Part shown: in pieces, positions 50,206-63,527 of the stretch
Layout: every line of letters starts with the position of its first letter
Numbering within the stretch: the first letter of the stretch is position 1
NCBI RefSeq assembly: GCF_006345805.1
Contig: NW_021837042.1
Span: forward strand, 1-64,000
Direction of reading: 5' to 3'
Length of the DNA stretch: 64,000 bases
Origin: Octopus sinensis
Lineage: Eukaryota
Made by a program: the position numbers and the translations under genes
Notes under the pieces: model-generated
Told to the model about the DNA's origin: nothing
The model's input: the letters and a program-made list of their open reading frames with translations, nothing else
Database searches by the model: none

Positions 50206-50396
50206 ATAGAATGGTTGTATACTGTCAGTCTAACAAGAACGTGACAGTAGGGGGTACACCACCGCTGTATAGCCCTAGGAAGCATCGAACGCCTCCTGAT
50301 AGCTAGGAGGCGTTCGATGTTTCCTAGGGCTATACAGCGGTGGTGTACCCCCTACTGTCACGTTCTTGTTAGATTGACAGTATACAACCATTCTAT
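50206..50396. repeat. Near-perfect 191-bp palindrome
   Basis: 92-bp arms, 7-nt loop gatagct, two mismatches. Confidence 0.95.
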
Positions 50397-50548
50397 CGCC
50401 CCACCACCGTACATGTCTCTACGAGAGATTTAGAAATTCAATATTTCTTATATATATATATATATATATATATAGTATGTATGAGTATACTTTTTAATGG
50501 ATTTGTAATAATAATATATATTATATATTCCATAGTCTTCAGTCATAC

Positions 50549-50581
50549 ACCTCTGCGCTTATCACTGATGCTCGTCCATAA
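50549..50581 (-). CDS. Candidate host microexon (33 bp)
   Basis: Acceptor tttcgttttaaCAG, donor GTATGA; two open frames (LWTSISDKRRG or YGRASVISAE). Confidence 0.25.
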
Positions 50582-51313
50582 CTGTTAAAACGAAATGCGC
50601 TGTTCACTTCTTATATGCTTTGATATGCTTATCTTGAATTCAGTGGTGAATTAGCACAAATAGATCGAGGGAAATATGAGGCGGATAACGTGTGAGGTTG
50701 GAAACGGATAGACAAAAATTTGAAAAGTGATGACAAAATTTAAACACACTCAAACAAAGCAAGAAAATTTGCGCTCAGTGAATTGTATGCTTAAAAGGTG
50801 GGGCGGAGGAAGAGAAGAAGACTGGCTTTCCGACTGAACTCTTTATCAAAGTGGAATAAGAAGCGAGATAAAAGAAACGAGAAACGGAACGATACCGTGC
50901 GTATCTTTCTGCCAAATGCTGTGGAGTCATTTGAATATATTTCTTTGATATTCTTTCTATTTGCTTGCTTCTCTTTTTCTCTCTTCTTCGATTAGTTTCT
51001 CTTTTCCTTTCTTATTCCATGCCTCTGTTTTCCTTTTCTCTTCCTTGTTGATGTTTTCCTTATATTGAACTTTGTGATCGTTCATTTTAATAGGCACAGC
51101 AGAGTGTCAAAAGACTTTGATACCTGACCTGTCATTATGATCCATTTAGAGAAAAACGATGAGGGGTCAGAGGTAAGTGTTGCTTCCCAATAAATTTACT
51201 AAACTGTGAGTGAGAATAGCGAGTATAACTCAAATGGACGAGCCTACACTCAACCTGTACATACAGACAGCAGAACAACACCTAGAGAAAACACTTGTCT
51301 TTGGAAATATGGG

Positions 51314-51584
51314 GGATCTTTTTGCTTTGACCGGCAGATTTTTAAAATAATTGTTGTTGATGATCCGGACAAATTAGATTCACCTCAATAGACGTCATTG
51401 ATTGGTTGAAATTGCCGAAATGCAAGAAATTAAAGAACAAATAGCTTACAAACTAAAGAATTTTCTCAAGAAAGCCAAAAGAAAAAGATGTTTTATAAAC
51501 ACAATCTACCAGTATACGAAGTTTAAAAGTGTTTAGTTACAAAAAAATTATTTTTAAAATGTGCCGGTCAAAGAGAAAAGATCC
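51314..51584. mobile_element. Complete ggatctttt-TIR MITE
   Basis: ggatctttttgctttgaccggca ... tgccggtcaaagagaaaagatcc. Confidence 0.8.
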
Positions 51585-52080
51585 AATATGAGTAATCGAT
51601 GATCTGTGTGGTTCTCTGATTGGTCCCATGTGATACCGCCCACCTCCATTAGAAAACACTTGTCCAAGTTCCCGCGCAGTGACTGTGAACTCGGAACCAT
51701 GTGGTTGGGAAGCAAGCTGCCTGCTACGCTGCCACATCGCACCTATGCTGAGTTATGATCAAGGACAGAACGCAACAGCCAACCCGAGAACGGAACCCAC
51801 AATCTTGCAATAGTGAGGTGCAACACCTTAACCACTCGGCCACGCGCCTCCTCAAACTTAATGAAACCATCTCAGCAACAGTCTGTCATGGAAATAACCT
51901 CTGTCTTTGAAAGTGCAAAAAACAAAATACTAACTTAGACACTTCCAAGAAGACTTTCTTTCTGTCTGAAAGTAAAAAAGAAAAAAAAAAGTGTTCGTTA
52001 TTTCACAAAAGTCGCCTCGTTTCATTCTTCTTTGTTTACGATGTTTGAAAGAACTTGCTGTGAAATACACACACACGCAC

Positions 52081-52139
<59 letters not shown>

Positions 52140-52246
52140 ACACACACACACACACCACACACACACAGACACACACAGACACACACACATATATATGTCC
52201 GCGCGCTGTTGTATTTTCTCTTTGTGTTTTCATGTTTGGATATAAC

Positions 52247-52277
<31 letters not shown>

Positions 52278-53112
52278 GTGTATGTGTGTATGTATCTATA
52301 TATGTATGTATGTATATTAAAGACTTACATGTGTATGTATGTGTGTGTGTATGTATATATTTGCATATATGTATATATATAATATAGATATATATACATA
52401 TATATATATTTAGAGAGAGAGAGAGAGAGGGAGAGAGAGAGACATGCAAATGCACACATCATACGCATGCGCGCGTGCACAAACACACACACTCTCTTTT
52501 TCTTTCCCTCTCTCTCTCTACTTTTTCTTCTTTAATGTTTATAGCTTGTGGTCCGAGGCCCATTTTGGGGTTGTGTATTACGTATGAGTGCGTACGTGCG
52601 TGCGTGCGTGTGTCCGTGTGTGTGCGTGTATGTGTGTGTGTATGTGTAGGCTAATAGCCCCGCATACGCAACTTCATCTGCGCATACGCTTACATGCATA
52701 CATATACACGCATACATTCATACATACACACATACATACACACATACATACGTACATGCAATTATATACATACACAGACATGCACATACATACAAACATG
52801 CATACATCATACACCCATACATACACACACACACATACATACATACATTTATACATGCACACACATATACATACATACATGCGTACATACATACATACAA
52901 ACATACATACATACATACATACATGCATACATGCACATATACATACATGCACACATACATACATACATACATACATACATACATACATACATACACACAT
53001 ACATACATACATACTTACATACATACATACATATATACATGCACACATACACACATACATACATAAATGCATACATACATTTACCCATGCATACATACAT
53101 ACATACACACAT

Positions 53113-53148
<36 letters not shown>

Positions 53149-53544
53149 CAAACATACATCGTTTTACAAGAAACGATGTAGCCGACAGGGAGCCATGGCA
53201 CGTCTGATCAAATTGTTGGCATCGTTTGATTACTGAATATTAAAACAAAACTGGTTTCGACTGCTCATCGAGGGAAGCAAGTTGAGACGTACGGAATAAG
53301 CATATGGCGGTGTTGGTGGTCTGCGAATAATGGTTCGGAGGCTATTTGTCAAGACGGAGTACGATTGTGTTCAAAATTTGTTAGTTGTTCGATAGAGTGG
53401 AAATATAAATACACAGAGAGTATCGAAAAGGAAAAAACAGAAAAAAAGATCTATAGATACACAAACGTATACAAATATAGATTTCTGGTGTTGTCCACTT
53501 ACATAAGAATACGAAAGAATATTTATGTGATGTATGCGTGAAGT

Positions 53545-53605
53545 ATGTGCGAGTGTGTGTGTGTGTGTGTGTGTTGTGTGTTTGTGTTGTGTGTGTGTGT
53601 ATGTG

Positions 53606-53640
<35 letters not shown>

Positions 53641-53681
53641 GTGTGTTGTGTGTGTGTGTTGTGTGTGTGTGTGTGTGTTGT

Positions 53682-53724
<43 letters not shown>

Positions 53725-54014
53725 GTGTGTGCGTGTGTTTGTGTGTGTGTGTGTGTGTGTTGTGTGTGTATGTGTGTGTTGTGTGTGTATGTGTGTTGTG
53801 TGTGTGTGTGTTGTGTGTATGTGTGTGTGTTGTATGTGTGTGTTGTGTGTGTGTGTTGTGTGTGTTGTGTGTGTGTGTTGTGTGTGTGTGTGTTGTTGTG
53901 TGTGTGTTGTGTTGTGTGTGTGTGTGTGTTGTGTGTGTGTGTGTGTGTGTTGTGTGTGTATGTGTGTTGTGTGTGTGTGTGTTGTGTGTATGTGTGTGTG
54001 TTGTATGTGTGTGT

Positions 54015-54060
<46 letters not shown>

Positions 54061-54092
54061 GTGTGTGTGTGTGTGTGTTGTGTGTGTGTGTG
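53545..54092. repeat. Long degenerate (GT)n tract
   Basis: Directly visible. Similar CA/GT/TATG/GATA tracts at 8570-8830, 9180-9410, 32395-32790, 33230-33520, 52680-53150 and 56500-56940. Confidence 0.95.
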
Positions 54093-54141
54093 AATGGGAA
54101 ATGTTTGTAGGTTCGTATGTAAGCTGCATATATTTATAAAT

Positions 54142-54451
54142 GTGGAGGCGCAATGGCCCATTGGTTAGGGCAGCGGACTCGTGGTCGTAGGATCGCGGTT
54201 TCGATTCCCAGACCGAACGTTGTGTTTATTGAGCGAAAAACACCTAAAGCACTACGAGGCCCCGGAAGGGGGTGGTGGTGATCCCTGCTGTACTCCTTCT
54301 CCACAACTTTCTCTCACTCTTTCTTCTGTTGGCCTGCTCGCTTAGCCAGCGGGGTGGCGTCATTTGAAGGCTAAAACAATGCGAAGCGCATTGTGACCAG
54401 CGATGTGTAGCAACATCTGCTAGCCTGGTCGGTCACAGTGATCACGGTGAT
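54142..54451 (+). mobile_element. SINE-D with a different tail (type 3) and a 12-bp TSD
   Basis: TSD atatttataaat at 54130-54141 and 54450-54461; tail ends cacagtgatcacggtgat. Confidence 0.85.
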
Positions 54452-54499
54452 ATTTATAAATACATGGTCTTATCTGCCATTAATTACTTGTGCATATAA

Positions 54500-54681
54500 G
54501 GCGGCCAGCTGTCAGAATCGTTAACACATCGAACAGAACGATTAGCAGTATTTCGTCTTTACGTTCTGAGTTCAAGTTCCGCCGAGTTCGACTGTACTTT
54601 TCGTACTTTCGGGGCGATAAAATAAGTACCAGTTGAGCACTGGGGTCGATGTAATCGATGCCCCCATCTCCAAAATCGCTG
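54500..54681 (+). mobile_element. SINE-B (tail 2), diverged
   Basis: Head, B-box and body recognisable. Confidence 0.8.
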
Positions 54682-55332
54682 GGTAATATGAATGTTGTTG
54701 TTATATTGCACTCTTCATTTTGGTTTTCTTTAAGCGGAATATTTTGTTGTTTTCGATCTAAAAGAGTAAATCTCAAACTCGCAACTCGAAGTTTTAGACG
54801 TTTAGCATTTTGGAAAATGCAAACCGTTTCATTTCTTCTAACCGGAATAATCAGTGCTCAGAAATATTACGTGGTATGAGGAAGTTATCGTCTCTGTGTA
54901 AACTCAACAGAGACTCTTGCGCAGTAAGTGCAAGATATATATCTGTATTATTTCACATATATCAGCCCGGAACAAACGATTCCATTAAAATTTCCCCGAG
55001 ATTCTGTCCGTTATTTTATGAGCCAGTAAACACCTTTGAAAATGAAATAGCTTTTCGCGCTTGCATGATTTCGTTGATGTCATTATCCACTGCTTCACAT
55101 AATTGCCTTTCGAAATACTTAGAAGACTCGATGAAGAGGTTTACATAGATATCGATACATACAATTCAAAACCAAGTAAATATGCTGTCAGAATTAATGC
55201 GAAAGCTGTTAAAATATTTAATGATGGAAGCACAGTCATGGCGTAATGCAATGCTGGTTGCGTAATTGATATTAAAAAATAATTAACTCTAAAATGTTGT
55301 TACAAATTTTAATTAGTTTACGTTTAACCATA

Positions 55333-55716
55333 TCTCTTTACTCTCTCTTTTACTCTTTCACTTGTTTCAGTCATTTGACTGCTACCAAGCTGGAGCACCG
55401 CCTTTAGTCGAGCAAATCGACCCCAGGACTTATTCTTTGGAAGCCTAGTACTTTTACAGGGACGAAAACACACGAGCATCGGTTGTCAAGTGATATTGGG
55501 GGGACAAACACAGACACACAAACATATACACATACACATATATATACATATATATACGACGGGCTTCTTTCAGTTTCCGTCTACCAAATCTACTCACAAG
55601 GCTTTGGTCGGGCCGAGGCTATAGTAGAAGACACCTGCCCAAGGTGCCACGCAGTGGGACTGAACCCAGAACTATGTGGTTGGTAAGCAAGCTACTTACC
55701 ACACAGCCACTCCTGC
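55333..55716 (-). mobile_element. SINE-A with internal deletion
   Basis: Lacks the attctatcggtctc..ccgctaag segment. Confidence 0.9.
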
Positions 55717-55774
55717 GCCTATCTATAAATCGGTATATCGTGTTCGCCAAGAAATTACAATTAAATCTTATCTT

Positions 55775-56058
55775 AGTGGTTAGAGTATTTTGTTCACGAT
55801 CGTAAGGTCATAAGTTCGATTCCCGACAGCATGTCGTGTCCTTAAACAAGACTCTTTATTTCACGTTTCTTCAGTCCACTCAGTTGGCAAAAATGAAATT
55901 TACTTGTCACTTTGTGTGTCTCGCTGAATCTCCCTGAGAACTACGCCAAGGGTACACGTGCCTGTGGAGTACTCAGCCACTTATACGTTAATTTCAGGAG
56001 CAAGCTGTTCCACTGAATGGATCAACTAGAACACTCGTCGTCGTAACCGACGGACTAC
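55775..56058 (+). mobile_element. SINE-C (tail 2)
   Basis: Matches 9520-9842; another copy lies at 57412-57682. Confidence 0.85.
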
Positions 56059-56110
56059 CAGTTACGTTTTAGTTACTATTCGTATTTAAGCTGATAATGT
56101 CGTATATCAC

Positions 56111-56484
56111 AAGCTTTCTTCCCAATTACATGGTTACGGATTCACTCCTATTGCGTGGCACCTTGGGCAAGTATCTTCTTTTATAGCCTCGGGCCCACCA
56201 AAGCCTTGTGAGTGGATTTCGTATATAGAAACTGAAAGAAGCTCGTCGTATGTATGTATGTGTGTGTGAGGACATGAGCGTGTGTGTGTGTGTTTGTGTG
56301 TGTGTATCTATGTTTGTCCTCCATCACCGCTTGACAGCCGGCGTTGGTATGTTTATTCCTCCTAAACCTAGCAGTTCGGCAAAAGAGACTGATAGAATAA
56401 GTACCAGGATGAAGAAAAAAAGCACTGGGGTCGATTCATTCGACTAAAAATTCTTCATTGTTATATCCCAGCATGGCCGCAGTC
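56111..56484 (+). mobile_element. SINE-A, diverged
   Basis: Head, body and tail recognisable. Confidence 0.8.
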
Positions 56485-56502
56485 TTTATATCTTTATATG
56501 GC

Positions 56503-56569
<67 letters not shown>

Positions 56570-56590
56570 CTACATACATACATACATACA

Positions 56591-56624
<34 letters not shown>

Positions 56625-56700
56625 CATACTTACAGACAGACATAGAGATATAGATTGACTGCTAGATATATGTATATATCCACACATACATATTTGTATA

Positions 56701-56788
<88 letters not shown>

Positions 56789-56795
56789 TATATAT

Positions 56796-56837
<42 letters not shown>

Positions 56838-56876
56838 GTATATATGTATGCATGTATATACATACATGCGTGTGTG

Positions 56877-56932
<56 letters not shown>

Positions 56933-57899
56933 ATACACACATACCATATATTTAATCGGCATGTGTGGGAGTGAATGTGTGCGTATGTGTAACGTATGTA
57001 AATGTGTGTGTGTACGCAATGCCTCAAGTGCTGCAGATCGGAATTACATCACAAGGGCGGAGCATATCCTTCGACGAAAAGATAAAGCTAAGAAGAGCGG
57101 AAAGTAATAAAAGGAAATCACTCACATATTACGCCATTTAAGCTGCAAGAAACTGAAGAGCATGTCTAAGATATAAGTACTTTACATAAACGATAAGGTT
57201 GAGCATACACCGTATCAGATTTATATATCCATACACACCCATACTCTCTCACACACACAGACACATACACACACACACACTTATACTGATATACCTTCTC
57301 TCACATATATATATTTACATGAGACTTATGTCTATATGTATTTATATATACATACACATTTATATAGAGAAGAGGAGATTTGTATATACATATATATTAG
57401 CTCATAAAATATACGGTTAGAGTATTTGTTTCACATAAGGTCATAAGTTCGAGTCTCGGCGGCATGTCGTGTCCTTGAGCAAGACACTTTATTTCATGTT
57501 TCTTCAGTCCACTCAGCTGGCAAAAATGAATTTTTACTTGTCACATGATGTGTCTCGCTGAATCTCCCTGAGAACTACGCTAATGGTACACGTGCTTGTG
57601 GAGTACTCAGCCACTTGCACGTTAATTTCAGGAGCCATCAGTTCCACTGAGTGGATCAACTAGAACACTCGTCGCCGTAACGAGACTCATACATATATGT
57701 ATTTAAATGTAGATGTAGATAAGTGTATATGTATATGCATAAATGTTAATTACTGTCACGTGTATACGACAGGCGTGTATATGATGATTTCCTTTAAATA
57801 GTTAGGAAATACGTTTGATAATGAGTATACAACGTTTTGGAGGGAGGATGGTCATATTGAAAGACTATTGGAATCCTCTCTTCGTGAACTCCCCATATA

Positions 57900-58464
57900 T
57901 TGGGTTGTCCGGAAAGTTCGTGCCGATTTATAGTAGCTTACCTTTCGACTTATTTAGAACATGGTTGAGTCCATAAAACAGGATTTGACTACACCTCCAT
58001 TTAGAGTACAGTTTAAGCTGTCTTTTCGTGGAAGAAGGTTTATGTTCCTATAACCTGTGTTAATTCTGTAACCCTTTAAAATAGAAGATAAGAAAGTTCA
58101 TTTTCGGCACTTGATGCTTTGGGAACCAGGCAAAAATTGCTGCAGCTCGGCTGGGATGTGTTACCCCACCCTCCATATTCATCAGATATTGCTCCTTCGG
58201 ATTTCCACTTATTCAGGTCTCTGCAGAATAGTCTTAATGGTAAAAATTTCAATTCCTTGGATGACGTAAAAAGATACCTTGATGAATTCTTTGCCATGAA
58301 ACCACCTCAATTCTGGGAAGTGGGTATTTTCAAATGAAAGAAAAGATGGAGACGCATTGTGCAACAAAATAGTTCATATTTGGTTGACTAAAAATGTAAT
58401 GGCAAGTATTTATTGACCTTTTTCTTTCCTTTAAAAATCAGCACGAACTTTCCGGACAACTCAA
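57900..58464 (+). mobile_element. mariner element, internally deleted
   Basis: TA-flanked TIRs ttgggttgtccggaaagttcgtgc / gcacgaactttccggacaactcaa; ORF 58119-58337 WDVLPHPPYSSDIAPSDFHLFRSL is a mariner C-terminus. Confidence 0.92.
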
Positions 58465-59765
58465 TATAATAGCATTACTTCAACAACATCACAAAGATCA
58501 AGCATTTTTCCTTTTAAGCTAGAAAATATTTCAGAATATTTCAGTTGCTGAGCATCTACGAAACTAAAGCATGACTCGTATTAAAGTATTATTCAAAAAC
58601 GAAAAACGTGGCTACTGTTAAATATCTGCGTTTAACGTTGCGTTTGATATTGCTGTCGTCCATTGGCTTTTGTAAATCCAGAATTTCATGTTGGGTGTTT
58701 CCACAAATAATATCAATGTAGTTGAGTAACCATTATTCTTTATTAGGTGCAGAACTCATAAAATTATAAATATTGATTTCAAATTTTGGCTCAAGGCCAG
58801 CAATTTCGGCCGAGATGATTCCAGTGTTTTAAGTGATACTTTTTTTAATCGACCCGGAAAGGATGAAAGGCAAAGTCGACCTCGGTGGAATTTGAACTCA
58901 GAACGTGAAGACGGACGAAATGATGCTAAGCATTTTGCCCGGCGCAGTAACAATTCTGCCAACACCGACATCAACACCAAACCATCATTGCAGACCCAAC
59001 CGCCAACACTGTTACCAACACTATGACCGCCATTATCGCGTGTCCCCCTCCACCACCACTACCGCTCCTATCACGGCAGTTACTATCGCCGCCACCACCA
59101 CCACCACTGCCACCACTACTGTCACGATCTCCATGACCTCCGCGACAACAACTTCTATCGCCACCACCGTTACCTCTGCTACCACATGACCATCACCACA
59201 GCCATCCCGCGCCGCCGCCGCCGCCGCCGCCAACCTTCTACCTTCACGTTTCTTAAAAAAAAATCATTTTTGTTGACTTTCCACTTGCACCAACAACCTC
59301 TCAACAAAAACTTCTTTTTCAATAACAATAAATAATACAACCAACCAAAACAACCGAACCGTTCCACTCGCCACTGTCGTCCTTCTTGTCTCCGTACAAA
59401 GGTCATTGATTCTGTACTGAGTTCTCCAAGATCTCTATTTACAGTAATGTTGTCAAAATAACGAATTAAATCAGACATTCTTCAAAACAGTTTCGACAGA
59501 TCTCGTAACACGTAAGGCATTTCAAAGTTCTGATATCAATACAGCAGTCAAGGTTTCTCTTATTTGTTACCAAACTCCAAAGTATCACGGTGACCGTGTG
59601 AATATATATATAACACAGCACGGATGGTTGATGGTTTACATTGAACAGGATACTGAACTCTCGAATACTTGATGTGTCGCTTTTCACCACGTCGAAATCA
59701 TTTATATGAAATGGCCGTTAGATGATCTGAGTAAAAGGAAGGAAAGGAATAAATGCCAGATAAAT

Positions 59766-60590
59766 ATTGGTTTCACATTTTGGTAATTTGGGAGGAGGGA
59801 GAAGGGGAGTCGATTATATTGACCTCAGTGTTCAGCCGGTAATTTTTTTTTTAATTGACCGAAAGGACAAAAGACAAAGTCAACCTCGGCGGAATTTGAA
59901 CTTAGAACGTAAGGACGGACGAAATGCCGCTAAGGATCTTGCTCGGCTTGTTAACGGTTCTACTAGTTTGTCGCCTTGGTGCTCGATGAATATTGGTTTT
60001 ACAGTTTGGAACAAGGCCCAAGGCGGCGAGCTGGCAGAAGGGTTAGCACCCCGGGCGAAATGCTTAGCGGCATTTCGTCTGCTACGTTCTGAGTTCAAAT
60101 TCCGCCGAGGTCGACTTTGCCTTTCATCCTTTCGGGATCGATTAAATAAGTACCAGTTACGCACTGGGGTCGATCTGATCGACTTAATCCGTTTGTCTGT
60201 CCTTGTTTGTCCCCTGTGTGTTTAGCCCCTTGTGGGTAGTAAAGAATTAGGTATTTCGTCTGTCTTTACGTTCTGAGTTCACATTCCGCCGAGTTCAACT
60301 TTGTCTTTCATCCTTTCCGGGTCAAAAAATTACGTAACCGTTGCATACTGGGGTCGATCTAATCGACTGGCCCCCACTCCCTAGAGGAGAAAAGTTTGGA
60401 ACATGTGAACAAGTTCGGAGGAGTGCGCAGTTGATTACATCGGATACCGGTGCATAACGGTACTTATTTTATTGACCCCTGAAGGATGAAAGGCACAGTT
60501 AACCTCGGCAGATATTTAAACTCAGAACGTTAAGACGGACGAAATGCTGCTAAGCATTCTTGCCCGGTGTGCCAACGATTTTACTATCTC
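59766..60590. mobile_element. Cluster of nested SINE-B copies
   Basis: Minus 59766-59975; plus dimer 60022-60385 with TSD agtttggaaca (60003-60013 and 60393-60403) inserted into an older minus copy that resumes at 60405-60590. Another minus copy lies at 58780-58945. Confidence 0.85.
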
Positions 60591-60780
60591 GAAAATACTA
60601 GCGAATGCACGCGGTCTGGTTGTTGGGGTGTAGCACTGACGCTTACAAGATCGTGGTCTCGATTCCCGGGCCGGATGCTGTGTTGTGGGATTTGATAAAA
60701 ACACTTCATTTCATTTCCAATCCACTCAACTGTAAATATATAACCCTGCAATCAGTGCCGGTGTAATATGAGATCTACTC

Positions 60781-60882
60781 GCCATTGTGATCTACATGCA
60801 GTTCTGATCTAATGCCGTTGTGATCTAATGCCGTGGTGATGTAATGCCGTTGTGTTCTACATGCAATTGTGATCTAAGGCAA
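60781..60882. repeat. 16-bp minisatellite (gccgttgtgatctaat-like), about 6 units
   Basis: Directly visible; units are contiguous with no spacers. Confidence 0.85.
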
Positions 60883-61279
60883 CTTAAATCTAGACTAGCT
60901 TGTGATCTCCATTCAAAATTTTGTTATAAATTTGCAATTGTAATTAGAGGAGTGAGTTAAACATTTAAAAAAAAAGAAAAAGAAAATTTTTTATTGATTT
61001 TTATTTCATACTAGAAACAATGTTCATCAAGGAATTAATAGCGCCGGAGAAATTCTGTTGCAGCTTCTTCATCTCGAATAACCTGTGTGTAAAATTCTTT
61101 TGCTCTCATCACGACTTCTTTTAATGGGCCCAGGACTAAAAGTGTTTAAATCATAAAAGTGTTTTTTGGTTTACATACCGAACCAAGCGGAAGTCGAGTA
61201 AATAGATGAATTTTAAATGTAGATCAAAAAGTCGGGTTAGATCACAAGCTATACCGGAAACCTGTATGTAGATATGAAA

Positions 61280-61510
61280 GGCGGCGAGCTGGCAGAAACG
61301 TTAGCACGCAGGGCGAAATGCTGAGCGGTATTTCGTCTGCCGTTATGTTCTGAGTTCAAATTCCGCCGAGGTCGACTTTGCCTTTCATCCTTTCGGGGTC
61401 GTTAAGTTTAGTACCAGTTACGCACTGGGGTCGATGTAATCAGCTTAATCCGTTTGTCTGTCCTTGCTTGTTCCCTCTATGCTTAGCCCCTTGTGGGTAG
61501 TAAAGAAATA
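61280..61510 (+). mobile_element. SINE-B monomer with 11-bp TSD
   Basis: tgtatgtagat at 61263-61273 and 61518-61528. Confidence 0.92.
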
Positions 61511-61984
61511 AGAAACATGTATGTAGATCCCATACTACACCGGCACCCTGCGATATTTGTGTGATTCTGAATGGCTGACTTGTGTCTTCCACGCTACAGT
61601 CGTTTTAGTTTCAGTACACAATCTCAGATCAAATCACTCGCTCTGCAAGTATATCTCCGTAACGTCACAACGTCAAATAAAATACATAGAAAAAGGTAAA
61701 CTGCTCACCATCCATGGGTGAACTCAATGCAAAAGTAGCTGTCACTCAAATATATATCCCTAGTTTCATGAGATAAAAAGAACGCATTACAACAGAAATA
61801 TATTTGCTATCGGTTTGACGAAAATTTAGTTTTCTTACCTATTAAATTAACGAGAAGTGTGAGTTGATTGCCTTGCCAGAAATGGTTGTCATATTTCTCT
61901 CATATCACATCTTACCGACTTAAAATGAGAACATACAGAGTGTTTGTGCTAAATTCGACAATTTGCACAGAAGGAAAAGGAAAC

Positions 61985-63010
61985 ACAATGTCCCAACCAG
62001 AAATAAAAGTATTTTAGAAAATCAAAAAATATCAACCAGATTATGGTTGGGAGATAACAGTTTATTGAAAGTAGCCGCTCTTAGCTTTCACCACGGCCTG
62101 AAAGCGGTTCCGACACCTGGCACATGTGCCCCTCACTGTGTCCCTGGGAAGATCTCTGAAAAACTTGATCTTGGACACCAGATTAGCCTTCTTGCTGACA
62201 GAGCAAGTGATGTCTTTCTCAAATCCCCCCACACATAGTAATCTATGGAATTATAATCGGAGCAATTAAGAAGCCAGAAATTGTAGCTGGTGAAGTCATA
62301 GAAAGTTTTCGACAACCATCTCTGACATTTTCTGGAGTTGTGGCTGGGAATCGAATCCTGCTCCTACACATATGGCCTTCCAACAGCAACATTCTCCAGC
62401 CAGGGTTTGACCATATTGCCTAGCAATTTCACTTAGCCATCTGAAATGAGCGTAAGGCCCTGTTCGTCAGCTATTGAATGAATTCCGGCAGGTGGATGCA
62501 GTCAGAAACACCTGCTGGCCACGGTTTCGTAGTCTTCATTGCAGCCGACCATGTCACGTCTTATAGTTTTACAGTGTTCACAGTCCATTGAGCAGTAGTC
62601 ATGATGGCAGTATTTGATACCCGCGAAGGCGGCGAGCTGGCAGAAACGTCAGCACGCCGGGCGAAATGCTTAGCAGTATTTCGTCTGACGCTACGTTCTG
62701 AGTTCAAATTCCGCCGAGGTCGACTTTGCCTTTCCTCCTTTCAGGGTCGATTAAATAAGTACCAGTTACTCACTGGGGTCGATCTGATCGACTTCATCCG
62801 TTTGTCTGTCCTTGTTTGTCCTCTCTGTGTTTAGCCCCTTGTAGGTAGTAAAGAAATAGATATTTGATACCCGGCGCGAATCCTCCAGATACAGGCAACA
62901 CTTTTCCAATATTCAGATGGTTTCCGGTCTTCCATATCAGTTAAATTTTTCTTCTCAACTATAACTTTATGCTCTTCAACGCCGTTGACTGTTCACCAAC
63001 GAATCAAGCT
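61985..63010 (-). pseudogene. Degenerate maT/DD37D-like transposase remnant
   Basis: RPYV*EQDSIPSHNSRKCQRWLSKTFYDF..FW..DYYVWG resembles QQDSAP.H..WPP.SPD..DYYVWG; split by a SINE-B. Confidence 0.75.
62628..62859 (+). mobile_element. SINE-B monomer with 13-bp TSD
   Basis: tatttgatacccg at 62611-62623 and 62861-62873. Confidence 0.92.
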
Positions 63011-63115
63011 GCTTATCTGAAAAAAAAAGAGGAAGCATAAAAATCCTCAGATTTAACCTGTAATTGATAATGTAGACCCAGATGTATTATGCAACGAACA
63101 TATAACTATATAAAT

Positions 63116-63527
63116 AGGAGTGGCTTTGTGGTAAGTAGCTTGCTTAGCAACCACATGGTTCTGGGTTCAGTCCCACTACGTGGAACCTTGGGCAAGTGTC
63201 TTCTACTATAGCCTCGGGCCCACCGAAGCCTTGTGAGTGGATTTGGTAGACGGAAACTGAAAGAATCCCGTCGTATATATGTATATGTACATATATGTGT
63301 GTTTGTGCATATGTCTGTGTGTCTGTGTTTGTCTCACCAACATCGCTTGACAACCGATGCTGGTGTGTTTACGTCCCCGTAACTTAGCGGTTCGGCTAAA
63401 AGAGACCGATAGAATAAGTACTAGGCTTACAAAAAAATAAGTCATGGGGTCGATTTGCTCGACTAAAGGCGGCGCTCCAGCATGGCCGCAGTCAAATGAC
63501 TGAAACAAGTAAAAGAGTAAGAGAGTA
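63116..63527 (+). mobile_element. SINE-A, full length
   Basis: Head, body, tail and (taaaagag)n; a diverged SINE-B starts at about 63844. Confidence 0.92.

Noticed and set aside
51094-51172. Plus-strand exon candidates with good donors (also about 63572-63706)
   Set aside because: Stops in all three frames and no consistent plus-strand chain.
53258-53280. Hammerhead candidate ctcgatgagcagtcgaaac
   Set aside because: Stem II and helices I/III do not form.
54810-55148. 112-aa ORF in unique sequence (also 59179-59690 and 51206-51391)
   Set aside because: No recognisable motif or splice support; lengths are compatible with chance.
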